A DNA stretch of 63,848 bases, counting the filler, from Collodictyon triciliatum (Eukaryota), in assembly GCA_043381765.1 (NCBI GenBank). It is 4 parts of 4 records of this genome, joined end to end, with 100 filler letters (N's around TTAATTAATTAA, not from the genome) between each part and the next. Parts side by side here need not be neighbours in the genome. Positions count along the whole stretch, not along the records: positions 1 to 14,885 come from JBHJMP010000948.1; positions 14,986 to 30,113 come from JBHJMP010000949.1; 2 more parts are not named here. One strand, given 5' to 3'. Positions 1 to 21,100 of this stretch are shown here, piece by piece (position 1 is the first letter of the stretch; each line of letters starts with the position of its first letter). The notes beneath the pieces were generated by a model. It saw nothing but the letters and a program-made list of their open reading frames with translations, had not been told where the DNA came from and made no database searches. Both the position numbers and the translations under genes were made by a program.

Positions 1-115
1 TAAAAAACAATAAAAAACAATAAAAAACAATAAAAAACAATAAAAAACAATAAAAAACAATAAAAAACAATAAAAAAACAATAAAAAACAATAAAAACAA
101 CAACAACAAAAAAAA
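1..115. repeat. (TAAAAAACAA)n 10-mer tandem repeat decaying into CAA units, probably intronic
   Basis: Repeat units directly visible from position 1. Confidence 0.95.
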
Positions 116-168
116 ACTGAAGCATAAGCATTATACACGAAGGTTGCCCGCAGGTTAAATGACTTTAG

Positions 169-3100
169 GAAGAGTAAAGAGGTCGAGCATATGCCCTTCG
201 TCCAGCTCTTCAAATCAACAGACATATTCATTTAAAGATTCTATCATGAGTGAAAGCACAGAGTACCCAGACTTTGAACGAAGAGGGAATCACGCATTTA
301 TGAAAATAAAGCACGTCGGCAAGAACGAGAAGCCTCAAAGTAAATATGATGGTGGAGATGAGATTATTCCAGACATCCCACCAGAAGTTCAAAGACTGCT
401 AAAGTCTTGCTCAAATAATCACGATTTCAAGAAGAAAGCTTGGACAAATAAGTACTAGAAACTTTTTAAAAATCTTTATTCAAAATTTAGCACTTTCGAA
501 AACTATATATACTTATTCTACTAATAGATACGAGGACGAAAAAGAGGAGAGTCTCTTCTCTCTAAATTACACGAACAAGTATAGCTCGAGAGTAAAATGG
601 CTTTGCTTCTTGGGAGTCCCCTATTTTGCTTTTCAAGCTGTTATAAATGAAAAATCCACGTAATATCCAATTTTAACTCTTTTTTTTTAATCATATCCAT
701 AAATAAAAAGGTGGATTTAATTATGGTTATCTTAAATTCTGTACTTGACATTCCATTTAGGTTTGGGTCGTTCATGATACACACTGTTCCGAATATTTTT
801 GTTTCACTCACTCTCGTTATTCTTTTCTTCGTTCGTTGGAAACAAAGTTTGTTCATAAGGTAATGAGCAACCCGTTAAGAGGTACAAAAATACTGCTCGG
901 TATAGATTGAACAAATTTACATCATAGATATTACAACATATTGTGTGCAATCATCTTTGGGTTAATAATGTTCTCTGACATCTCCGGAAGAATTTATACT
1001 AAGCTTTTAAGTCCTGTCTTGAGTCCAATACCATTCACGATGGTACTTTTAGATATATTGATTATAATTACTTGAGATGAAAAGTCGACTCGAAACTTGC
1101 AGCTTACAAAATATAGTTATATTCCTGATATCTATGAACCTGCATCAATGTCTATAATATTTTGATAGATATTTCTTCTCATTATCCGAAGTGACGCCGC
1201 TACTACATCCGAAATTTCAGCTATCTTTGTCATAGCTCATATTTTAAGGGCGTTTATTCAAAGCTCAGCAGTAGACTCCCTCAAAATAACCGTGCCCTAT
1301 TTTATCTGCACAGTGATGATGATAATCAATCTCCAATCGATAGATTCCAAGGAGAGAAAGTATCAAAAAAATCTTATATCTACCAACTGTTTCACAACTA
1401 TTAACGTCAAAGGCCAAATATTTAGGGAATATATACTTTTTTTAAAAAAAAACAGAATGTTTGAAAGCAACGCATTAATCATGGACCTTGAGTCAAGTAT
1501 AAAAAACGAAAAAGAAAAATGCTTTTTGCTGCTTGAACATGTGATACCAAGGTATTATAAACCTCGCAAAAGATAATTTTGTGAAAAGACATTAATCCAT
1601 ATAAATACTAAGCAGTATATTTTGAAATTCAGATTCTTTTCGAAAGAGATGATTCAACATTCAGCTGATATTTCTAATGAAGCAAAGAGTTTTCATGGAT
1701 TTACAATCTGCATCGAATTCAAGCTGTATGAAACAGACACTAGTATCCAATCAAAGACTGAAATGCTTTCAACATTCCTAAAGTAAGGCCTATTATTTGT
1801 CCCAAAAAATTATCCTAGAAATGAGGATTTCATTAAACTAATGTTAAAACCTCAAACTAGACTGACGAAGCATGCAATCGAGAGGTTATCTTTTGAATGT
1901 TACAATTAATCTCGAATAAGTGCACCACAAAGGCCACTGTGCAATAAATATGAATTAAATGTGAATATTTCATCTAGATATAAGTTGGAAAGAGTCAAGA
2001 CTCAAGGTAAGTGCTGAATATTGTAAATTTTACTCACTTGTTTTTACTAACGAATTATTTCATTATCAATCAATTTATTTCTACACTTCGCCAGGGAATA
2101 TCATCTATGTTAGTTTAATATCATCAAGCGTCACATGTTTTCCATTTTAATTTGTTTTTCTTTGAAAACACCTCGTTAGAATTCATAAAGATAAAATTCC
2201 ATAGGTTTTGTGTCAACAAACAGAGCCTGATAAATACGAATCAATTGAGCGACTCCATTTATTCAGCCATGAGTTGATCGATAAATCGAGGGCGATGTCG
2301 AAAAACGTACCTCTGGTTTGTTAAAATGAATATTTTAAATAAGTTTATTTTCAAATTGAATGAAATTTAGATCGCTTGTGAAAAATACGCATAGATAAAA
2401 GTTGGAATATCTTTGGAGGTTTCTCATTTTGGAATCGTAAAGTGTTCTAGAATAGGATTCGACGCTTATGGACCTGGTGAGCAACCATTTATATTTTTGC
2501 TTCTTCCGTTCATTAAATCCTTTTTTTGATTATGAGGATTACAACTTGAACTTATTAGTTCAAAACGTATTAGGAATGCAAAAATCAAGGCTTCTTTGCA
2601 GAAATTCATCCTGGGGAGAGATTACATATGATGGTGCATCACAGAGCTCCTACATGGTTTCCTTTTGCAATATATTTGCCATGAATGATATTTATAGATG
2701 AAACGTCGCAATCATAAACACATCTTATTGCTATCTGTTGCCAGGAAAATGCATCAATCAGCCAACATAGACTTGATTTGACTAAAAGCAGAGACCTTGC
2801 TGAAAATTGTCCAGAACAAAATAAAGTTACAAATTACATCCAATAGAATTTTTTTTTAACAAATATACACATTAAAAAGAAGTGCGACTAAAAAACCAAA
2901 CATTCAAATTTAGGGAGATTCGAGTCGGGTGGATCCTTTTGTTACCTACAGGGATGCAGAATTCAAGAAATGCACCCAAAATTTGACACGCTGGGTCAAG
3001 TACTATCGGCATGATTCTTTGGAAGAGGAAAATAAATATAATATGCACATCCAGAAGAATCACAACATAACACAATCTGGGTATGTGTTAATGACAGAGT

Positions 3101-5204
3101 TGTGATATATGATATTTTATTTGATGTAGACATGATGTTCTAATTTTTAATCACCCTGTAAAATGACATCAATTGCCTGATAGTGTTGCGCTATTTTTCG
3201 GTATAATCCATTGTATCTCTCAAAGTTTGGTTCAGTATTACATAGTCATAGAGGCAAGGCAGAATAATTTACATACTCTTGAGTACATACTGGTACTGCA
3301 GATGTTTGTTCTTTGCCCGATATTATGTCTCATAGCTCATTCGTTTTGGAATTTTTTGGCAAAATCAACTGAATCAAGAGCAACTATTTTACCTGAAATG
3401 GGCAAACTTTCTTTCACTCTTTATCTTTTGGTTCATGCAGTCAAATCATATATTTACTTCCTATATGAAAAAAATGACTCTCTGGTTGAACTTTACTTTA
3501 GTTACTATATTTACATCGAGGGTCTCATTATTTTCGCTATTTTGTCTACCTTCTGGCTTGTTCCTCAATACTTCTCGATGGTGCTATTGTCAGTATACTC
3601 GGTTTCAAACTCATACTTGTGGCTTGGATATGGATTACAATCACAGTACTCTTATTTTTTTCGATATTCAAACAAATTCAAGACTATTATATTTGGAATA
3701 TGATATAGCAACATTACCTACATTTTTAATTCTTTACCTAGGTTATTATTGAAGATACTGACCTGGCTTTCTTACACCGTTGGTTCGTTTGTCTTGTTCT
3801 CCATATACTTTTATGGGACGGAAGTATCCAATCGAACTGAACATATAGGAAGCAACTATGTTATTCAGGTATTTTTTTTTTAAAAAAAAAAGCTCAGACA
3901 TATATTCCATTGATGATTAGTCTATAAAAACATTTGAAAGCCAGTTCTTTAATGAAAATATCAAAAATTTATTCCTAGCAAATAAAAGAATCTGAAAAAA
4001 TGGCCCAAACAGCCAAAGAATACACGATCGGTGTCATATCTGAAAGGCTCTACACGCAACTACTGGAAAAAAGCTCTTCGACTGTCTCGTATTTACACTC
4101 ATCTGTGGTCATTCATATGATGTTCGGTGGCTTGCTATCAGGTGGTCGTGACGAAGTGAGAGACTCATTTAGAATTGCATCTGGTAAGTTCTATTCTTCC
4201 TTTACAGTTCTTTATAATCAAGGTATTTGGGTTCCATTTGATTTTATTGTGACTCAAATCTAACGGGAATAACTTGAATGCATATTTTATACCAGAATTT
4301 CTTGTCTTCGTCGAAAGTGTTGGAAATAAGTTTGGAGTTAAGACGCAAAGAGTGTTCGTGGAAAGTTGTTTGGTAAGATTTAGACTGAATTTTTTTGTGT
4401 TTTACCCGAACTTAGACTAATACATGGATACAGCTAGTTGTTGATAATCAAAAGTCTGGGGCTCTCACTGTTAGCCAAGCAATCAAGTTTTCAAATCATG
4501 TATGCAAATTAGACATATATGTATATACATTCTCTTTTGGTAGGATTCTAATCAAAGTGATCTTTTTGACTGTGGCCTGCGACATTTATTCAGCTGCTTC
4601 AACTTTATTTTGATGCTCCAACAAGCGTCAAGACAGCAGAAATAAGAATATGCATAGGTATTGGAGATGTAGCGTTGGGAATCATCGGTATGAATTTTAT
4701 TCGTCGGTTATATGATTATTCGTATTCTTAACTCAGAGGCCAAATTATCCCCTTTGATAAATCCATAGGATATGATGGATTCACATATGACATAATCGGG
4801 GACGTGGGTAAATATTTCCTCATTATCTTTTGGTTTTTCAGCGTGCCAGTAAATTCTGCATATGTTTGCAATAGTTGATGAAGTCCAAGAATTGAATGCA
4901 TTGGGTGACCCGAATACGATACAGGTAAGCATGCCAGTGTCCGAACTTGATGGCATTTTATTCTGGGGACCATTAGCCTTCAAATTACTTACTTTTCATC
5001 GATTCTTTTTTTTTTCTTTCTGTTGCCAAGGTATCCAAGAGAGCCTTCAAATCGATATCTCACCGAAGAGAATTTGTCGTCCACAAAAAGAGCGCCAAGG
5101 ATGGTAGCAAAAATCTACGTTATGTAGAGGTTGCGACTGATATTTGGAAGATTTTCCAAAGTTTCGTAACGTGGGCTGATTTCAATGAGGAAGAGGATAC
5201 ATGA
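169..5204 (+). CDS. Multi-exon membrane class III adenylate/guanylate cyclase-like protein (M1-C1-M2-C2), probably 5'-partial and catalytically degenerate
   Basis: GT-AG exons joined by hand are phase-consistent through both cyclase domains. They give a hydrophobic block (~530-1400), EKEKCFLLLEHVIPR, then C1 (GFTICIEF...YKLERVKTQGNIIY...IKVGISLEVSHFGIVK...FDAYGP...GEITY). A second hydrophobic block (~3185-3870) is followed by C2 (KFGVKTQRVFVESCL...IRICIGIGDVALGIIG...YDIIGDVVDEVQELNALGDPNTIQVS). Stop TGA at 5202-5204. Confidence 0.8.
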
Positions 5205-5281
5205 CCGATTCTCAACAAGAGCGAGGAAATAAAACTCATATGCTTTCATAATATTCAGTTGGAATGCCTTACATGAAATTT

Positions 5282-6849
5282 TCATGGTAGTTTTCTTTTA
5301 TGTAAGGCTGTTGTGATGCTTTGCGGAATATCAACCGTTCCAACAGAACGAAATATTCGTGTCGAACATGACTTGATGAAAATCAAGGGGGGCGTTTGTC
5401 GGTTAAAATAGGAGTGTTGAGGGTTGTATATAAAACCACCCTCGTCCAAAGTTTGACTCTTGGCAATTTTTTTCAATCAATCACTCAATCCAAACGCAAA
5501 CATCAAGTTGATTTATTCCGTTTTTTTCTTCTTAATTTTAACAGCATCAACAGCACAAAAAAATGTAGTGAAGTATATAGGGAGTATAGAGAAAAGCAAA
5601 AGCAAAAGCAAATGAAAAAGAAAAAGCAAAAACAAAAAAAATAGAGTAATTCGATACATCGAGAGAAAACTCCCCTCATAAATGCAGATTGCTAGGAGGA
5701 TAGCCTATTTTCGAGATTGTTTTACAAAAACTAGTATTTGTTGGAATGTATCTAGCCATCCCTTAAATTCTGGCAAAGAACTAGATTGCAGGAGCAGAGA
5801 CTTGCCAGATGCAAACGCCAGCAATATGCAAAAATCTCTTCCATACTATGCAAAAGAAATTAAACGGAGTCATATTCTAAAAGAAACGAAACAGCACATC
5901 ACATTTTGGTTGCGGATACATATACACTTTCCATACAAACACACAGATGCACACAAACCTCATCTTCCTTCGGCCGAACAACATCGACAAGATCACATAC
6001 AGCCACAGTGCCTCTTAGCACGGCCATGTCTGAGTCCACATAGTAGTGGAGCGAGCTAGGAGCCACCACAAACCAGCGCCGCTTCCAACTCTTCACCAGC
6101 CGGCCTCGCTTGAGCAGAAAACCAGACCGACACATCAGACTTTGTAGAGAATCAGGGATTGTCTCGGGATGGAATGCGGCGTTGACTCTGGTCTCAAGGC
6201 GGGCATGTTCGGCCCAGACCTGGCGCAGTGTGTACGTCTGGGACTGGAAGTACGCGAGGAAGCAGAGCGCCTCCCGGGCATTGATGGGCTGCATCAGAGA
6301 GCCCAAAGCATCGCTTGTGGAGCCGCGCGGATTCGCGCCGACATCAAGCAGAAAGCGCGTCTGTGTCTGCGGATCGTCCAGGCGAAGCAGGATCGGCTTC
6401 GGATGTCCTGCAAAGGCGTTCTCGGCATACCACGTGTATATGCGCAAGCACTGCAGTGCACGCTGAAGCGCAGCCTGGGCGCCGATGCGGAGCGCAAGGC
6501 TGGCCACCGCCTGGGCTTCGTCCGGAGTCAGATACGGGCGCGCTGAGCGGACGAGAAGCTTTGCGCGCTGCTGCGCATCCACCGGCTTTGTGCGCGGAAG
6601 CTCCATCAGGGCCGGCTGCAACTCAGCTGCAAGCAGGTGCGCGTGGATGAACCGCTCCGGGTCGTCTGCCTGCACGGCTGTTGGCGGCACAGGCGCAAAG
6701 GCAGACGCGTTGGACACGCCTGCTTCGAAGCCCCGCGGAGACGCCGGCGGAGTTGCGCTGTGGGACGAAAACGAAAAGCGCGTCTGCGTTGCGGTGAAGC
6801 TCAGGACTGAGACGTTTGGCTGTGTTTGCTCCCGCAGATCGGCGTCCAT
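5282..6849 (-). CDS. PH-domain protein (3 exons: 6849-5959, 5845-5732, ~5458-5282)
   Basis: GFLLKRGRLVKSWKRRWFVV...LHYY...LRGTV in exon 1 splices in phase to YGRDFCILL...LLLQSSSLPEFKGWLDTFQQIL, the PH C-terminal helix with its Trp. The last exon is less certain. Confidence 0.8.
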
Positions 6850-7464
6850 GGCTGTGCAAAGAGGCGGGGAGTTGTCTGGCTGTCTGGGGCGCTGGTATGT
6901 TTGTGCCTGTGTTGCGTTATGGAATAATGTTTTCGTTTTCGATTTCGATTTCGTTTCCGTCTTTTTTTTCTTTTTGGATATGTTTCTGCACGATCTGCGT
7001 GGCGTGGGTTGTCTGGGTTTCTTTTCTTTGATCGCTGCATGTTTCGAGGATAAACGGTCGTCGCTTCTTTTCTTTTTTCTTTTTTTTTTTTGACAGGTGT
7101 GTTTTGGGAAGTGTGGTCTTTCATGGTGCTTTATTGATATGGGGATGAATATCGCAGTGGATTACGGGATAATGCGCCGCAGATGAAGAACTTGTCCGGA
7201 GTGATGGGGGTTTCGTTCATTCTTGCGTCTTTTCTCTCGGGTTGTTTTGGTGAGAGAGGAGCGCGTGAATGGCTAATATATAAATTGTTCTTTTCTGCTG
7301 TCGTGTGTGCTGCGGCATGTTCCGCGAGGTTATGCATTTGTATATGACATGAATGGAGACGTAATGTAGATGGTTTGATGGGAATAGGTTAATAGGCACG
7401 GGGGTAAGGATGCATCGCAAGACTCAAAGGCTTGCGAAAAGGACAAGCGGGGCTCGGGCCTGAA

Positions 7465-11078
<3,614 letters not shown>

Positions 11079-11469
11079 TCTGTATTTGTTGTAAAAAAGA
11101 GTGAGGATGCTAGGTTAACCCGGGTTGGCAAAGAGATAAGGCTACGTGAGACAAAAAAATAGAGAAGAAAAGAGAAGAAAAGAGAAGAAAAGAGAAGAAA
11201 AAAGAAAAGACAAGAAATAGAGAAAAGAAAAGATTTCACGAAGGGAAATATGAAAGAAAAAGAAAGTGTTATTTTTCGATCGTTGCAGACGGGCTGAAAA
11301 AGGGTGTGTCTTTGATGGGTTCTAACAATGAACTTGGCGGAAATCTTCAGCCGGAGGTTCGCGAGGCTTCTTTTATTCTTCCGCTTTCTCTCAATGCCAG
11401 CAAAAGTTAAAAATAGGGATCTCGTGCATACATAGGCTACGATGAACCGGGCGATCAAAGAGCTTGTGG

Positions 11470-11580
11470 AAAAAGAAAAAAAGAAAAGAAAAAAAGAAAA
11501 GAAAAAAAGAAAAGAAAAAAAGAAAAGAAAAAAAGAAAAGAAAAAAAGAAAAGAAAAAAAGAAAAGAAAAAAGGAAAAGA
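11470..11580. repeat. A/G-rich (AAAAGAAAAAAAG)-type tandem repeat upstream of SNF1
   Basis: Directly visible. Confidence 0.85.
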
Positions 11581-12075
11581 TGAAAAGATTATAAAACGCC
11601 GTGTCTCGTGTGCGCTTGTTCAGTTGAAACGAGTATTGTATGCTTTTCCTTTCCTTGTAAATCACGAATGGAAAATGAAATACTCTCAAAAAATGACACA
11701 AGACAGACGATTGCGTCATCGCCTTGCAAAGCCATGTGTGCGTTGGTGCCGATAATCACCACAATCCAGCTGAGAGCAAGAATAGAAGTATCAAAGAACG
11801 ATGTGGCAGACAAGCACTTTCCTCTTCGAAGCGCATGTTCAGGTGATGTTTGCATTTATATAGGGTTGCTTCATACTGAATTCAATCTCAGATGACCATT
11901 ACACAAGCAAATGTGGGGATGATAGGGAGAGGAATGATTCGCCAACAGCGATATTCTTTTCTTTTCAATAAAACATATATAAAGAGGAGGAAAAAAAAGA
12001 GTAAACGCCAAATAGGGAAACTTAGCCAATGTCTCAGAAAAAGAAAAGAAAAAAAAAGGCAAAGAGGATGATTGG

Positions 12076-17579
<5,504 letters not shown>

Positions 17580-17757
17580 CCAGTGTTGCTTTGACTCTTT
17601 TTTTTTATATACATATATGTTTTGAAGACTTTATGCTCTTCCTGGTTTTGAGTAGTTTTAGACTACTTTGCTTTGTTCCGTTATTGTGATTAGTTTCTTT
17701 TTTTTTTTTTGGATAGAGTCGATTTGTTTCTGGGTGATTCTTTATCGGTCTTCCGCC

Positions 17758-18090
17758 TCATTGGCTGCTGCGGACGAAGTAGACCGATCCTGCGCGGGTT
17801 TCTGTGCGGGTGTCGAACGGGGCAGCGACAAGAGCGTTTTTTCCGGCAACAGCAACGTCGAAGCCGAAGCCGTCGGAGCCGTCTGATGAGCCCAACGCAA
17901 AGCGCTGCTGCTGAGTCCATCGGCCGTCGTGCTTGGTGAAGAGATATGCCGAGCCTGTGGGGAATGCAGATGCGCACGAGGGCGAGACGGAGTCAAGGTA
18001 GACGGGTTGTCAGCAAAGGGAAGAAAGAAAGGAAGGAAGGAAAAGATATCAGTCGTAAAGAATGTAATCTGAATGGCCTTCTTTTTTTTG

Positions 18091-18163
<73 letters not shown>

Positions 18164-21100
18164 GAAACGTGAGCTGGATTCGGATGCAAGGCATCGTCGC
18201 ACATACCTTTGGTGCTGCAAGGCGCAGTTTCGTCGCATGAATTCGCGCCCACAATGAGCTGCTTCCCATCTGAATCGAAGCTGAAGCCAAACTGCTCACC
18301 AGCAACGCTTTCATCTGGCCGGACAACAGAAACCAGAGTTACTTCCCCTGACGCGCTCAACTCGTAGGCACTGACCGAACCGGCATGCACAGCCTTTGTC
18401 GAGTCAAAGAGCGCAGACACAAAGAGGACATTGTCGACAAACCCGACTTTCCAACCGAATCCTGTTTTCTCCTCATCCGTGAGGATATTAACCATGCGCC
18501 ATTGAACCAGCTTCCATTCGTAAATGTAAACTCGCTCGTCCTCGCGTCTTGATGGATGGTTTGAAATCGCGAGAATCTTGTCGCTCATAAAGGATACAGA
18601 GAACCCAAACAATTCGCCGGCAATTTGAAGAGGAGACTCGATGGACATCGGAACACGGCTCCACTTTGTGGCACTTTCGTTTCGGAATACGTAAACGCGC
18701 CCTGAATTCGCTGCCAAAGTAGTATCGAAGGTGGGAGAGCCGATAGCAACGGCATTGTCATGGCAGGCAAGAGACTTTCCAAAGTCAAAGCTGCCCTGTG
18801 TCCTAAGAGGCCTCAACGTGGATACCTTCATAAAATCTTGTTGTCCGGAATCCCACTTGTAAAGAGCAACAATACCCGCAGGGAAGTCAAAGTATGTTGA
18901 ATCAGGTGCGGAAATCAAAAGCATGTTGTTTCTTGTCTCTATCCTGTACCCAAACTTGATGTCCCGGTTGTAAAATGGATTGCGATATCTTTTGAAGAAC
19001 GACCACTCATCATTGGCCCACTTGTATACTAGTATGTATCCTCCATCGCATGATGCAGTCAGATTCGCACAAAAAGGAACGGCAACAAAAGCCATCCCAT
19101 TCATGATGGATACCTGGAAGCCCATATATTCAGACTTTGAGGACGGTTGCAAAGTCATGGTGTGAATCTTGTGAATCTTGTTGGACATGCTTGGTGATCT
19201 TTTCGGAAGCGCGGAATTCGATCGAAACTTTGAAATCGATCTTAAGCGCGAGCGTTTTTTCGTCGGCCCTAATGAGTGAGACCTTAATCGAGAATTCAGG
19301 CGAGACTGGGACTGTCGTTTGCTTGGACGCCTCGAGTTCGTTTTACGCTTGGAAAAGTGTGCAGACATAGACAAAGCGGTCGATCTTGATTTTGATGAGC
19401 TCCCGACAGGCTCTTCTGATATCCATTCAAGTGGTTTTCTTATCCCAACAATTTTGTCACTGTGGCCAGAAACAATTTTTGTTCCATCAGGAGAGAGAGC
19501 CAGGCTGTGAATGACACTATTTCCTCCTTTCAGACTTTGTATAAGTTGTAATCTAGTCAAATCCCAAATCATGATGACAAAATCGTCTCCAGCCGACACA
19601 ATTTTTGTACCGTCTGGAGTTATGGAAACAGAGCGTACAACGCTTGTGTGTCCACTTAGAGTATCAAGCAGAGCACCATCAGGGCTCGACCATACTTTAA
19701 TTGTCTTGTCAAAACTACTAGACACGAGCTTTTTCCCATCAGACGAAACAGTTACACAAGTGACGGACCCCGTATGCCCAAAGAGTCTGCCGGTCAAAGA
19801 GCCATCAAGGATGTCCCACAACATAATGCTATTATCAGAACTTCCCGATATTACTCTGGTACCATCAGGAGTGATTGAAACTGTATTTACTGGACCGTCG
19901 TGTCCATTCAACAAATGAACAACGGACTCATCAACAAAGTCCCACATAACAAGTGTATTATCATCACTTCCAGAGACAATTACGGTACCATCTACCGCAG
20001 AAACTGCATGAACACCCCATATGTGTCCCTTCAAAATGCGAACAACAAGCTCTTTGCTCATATCCCAGACGGATACAGTGTTGTCGTAGTGACCAGAAAT
20101 TACATACACACCATCGGGTGTAATGGAGACACTTGTAATATCCCCAAAGTCATCACCATTTAGCGTACTTATCAAACGTCCATCTGATAGATTCCATATT
20201 TTAATTGACCTATCGTTACTTCCTGATATGATTTTGGAGTCGTCTGGTGAAAGTGCAAGACTTGTAACATCCCCAAAGTGTCCATTTAATGTTTTTATCA
20301 AGCCTCCATCAGACACCCTCCAGATTCTTATTGTCTTGTCTTTACTTCCAGAGATGATTTTTGTATTGTCGCTATTTACCAAAACGCTATTGACACCCCA
20401 CCTGTGACCATTCATGGTGCTTATAAGAGCACCGTTGGCTGAATTCCACAGTTTGATTGACTTGTCGTTGCTTGCCGACACAATCTTGGTATTATCAGGA
20501 GAAAAGCAAACACTCAATACATCGCTAGTGTGGGCGTTGATGGTTCGAATTAAAGTCCCACGATTGAAGCTCCACATTCTAATAGTCCTATCTGTACTTC
20601 CAGAGATGATTACAGTGCCGTCTGAGTTGACTGCCACAGAGTTCACACTCAATGTATGCCCATTCAATGTGCGAATGAGAATCCCGTCAGAAGCTCTCCA
20701 TATTCTTATTGTTTTGTCAATACTGCCCGAAATTATATATTCCTTATCTTTGGTGACAGCGATGCATTTCACTCCAGATAAATGCCCAGTAAGTGTGCGA
20801 AGAGAAAAATTATGGATTTTGCTCCACAATTTGATACTTGAATCATCTCCGCCAGAGATAATTTTTGAACCATCTGGAGTGAAAATTACGCAATTGACCC
20901 CCTTCGTGTGACCGGACAATGTATGACTGTAAGTTTCGTCTGATAAGCTCCACACCTTAATGTAGCTATCTTTACTTCCAGAGACCAACTTAGATCCATC
21001 AGGAGAGACAGACAAGCTCTCAACACTATCTAAGTGACCTTCAAACGTCTTGACAAGCGATTTATCATGCATACTCCACACTTTAATAGACTTGTCAGAG

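Noticed and set aside
4545-4592. TVACDIYS as a retained catalytic Asp motif of cyclase C2
   Set aside because: It falls in the intron between the ...KFSNH and LLQLYF... exons once phases are respected.
17946-18326. Poly-Q, poly-C, poly-L ORFs and the poly-V tail of the 2,710-aa ORF
   Set aside because: Intronic (AAC)n microsatellite; splicing it out restores the seventh FG-GAP blade.
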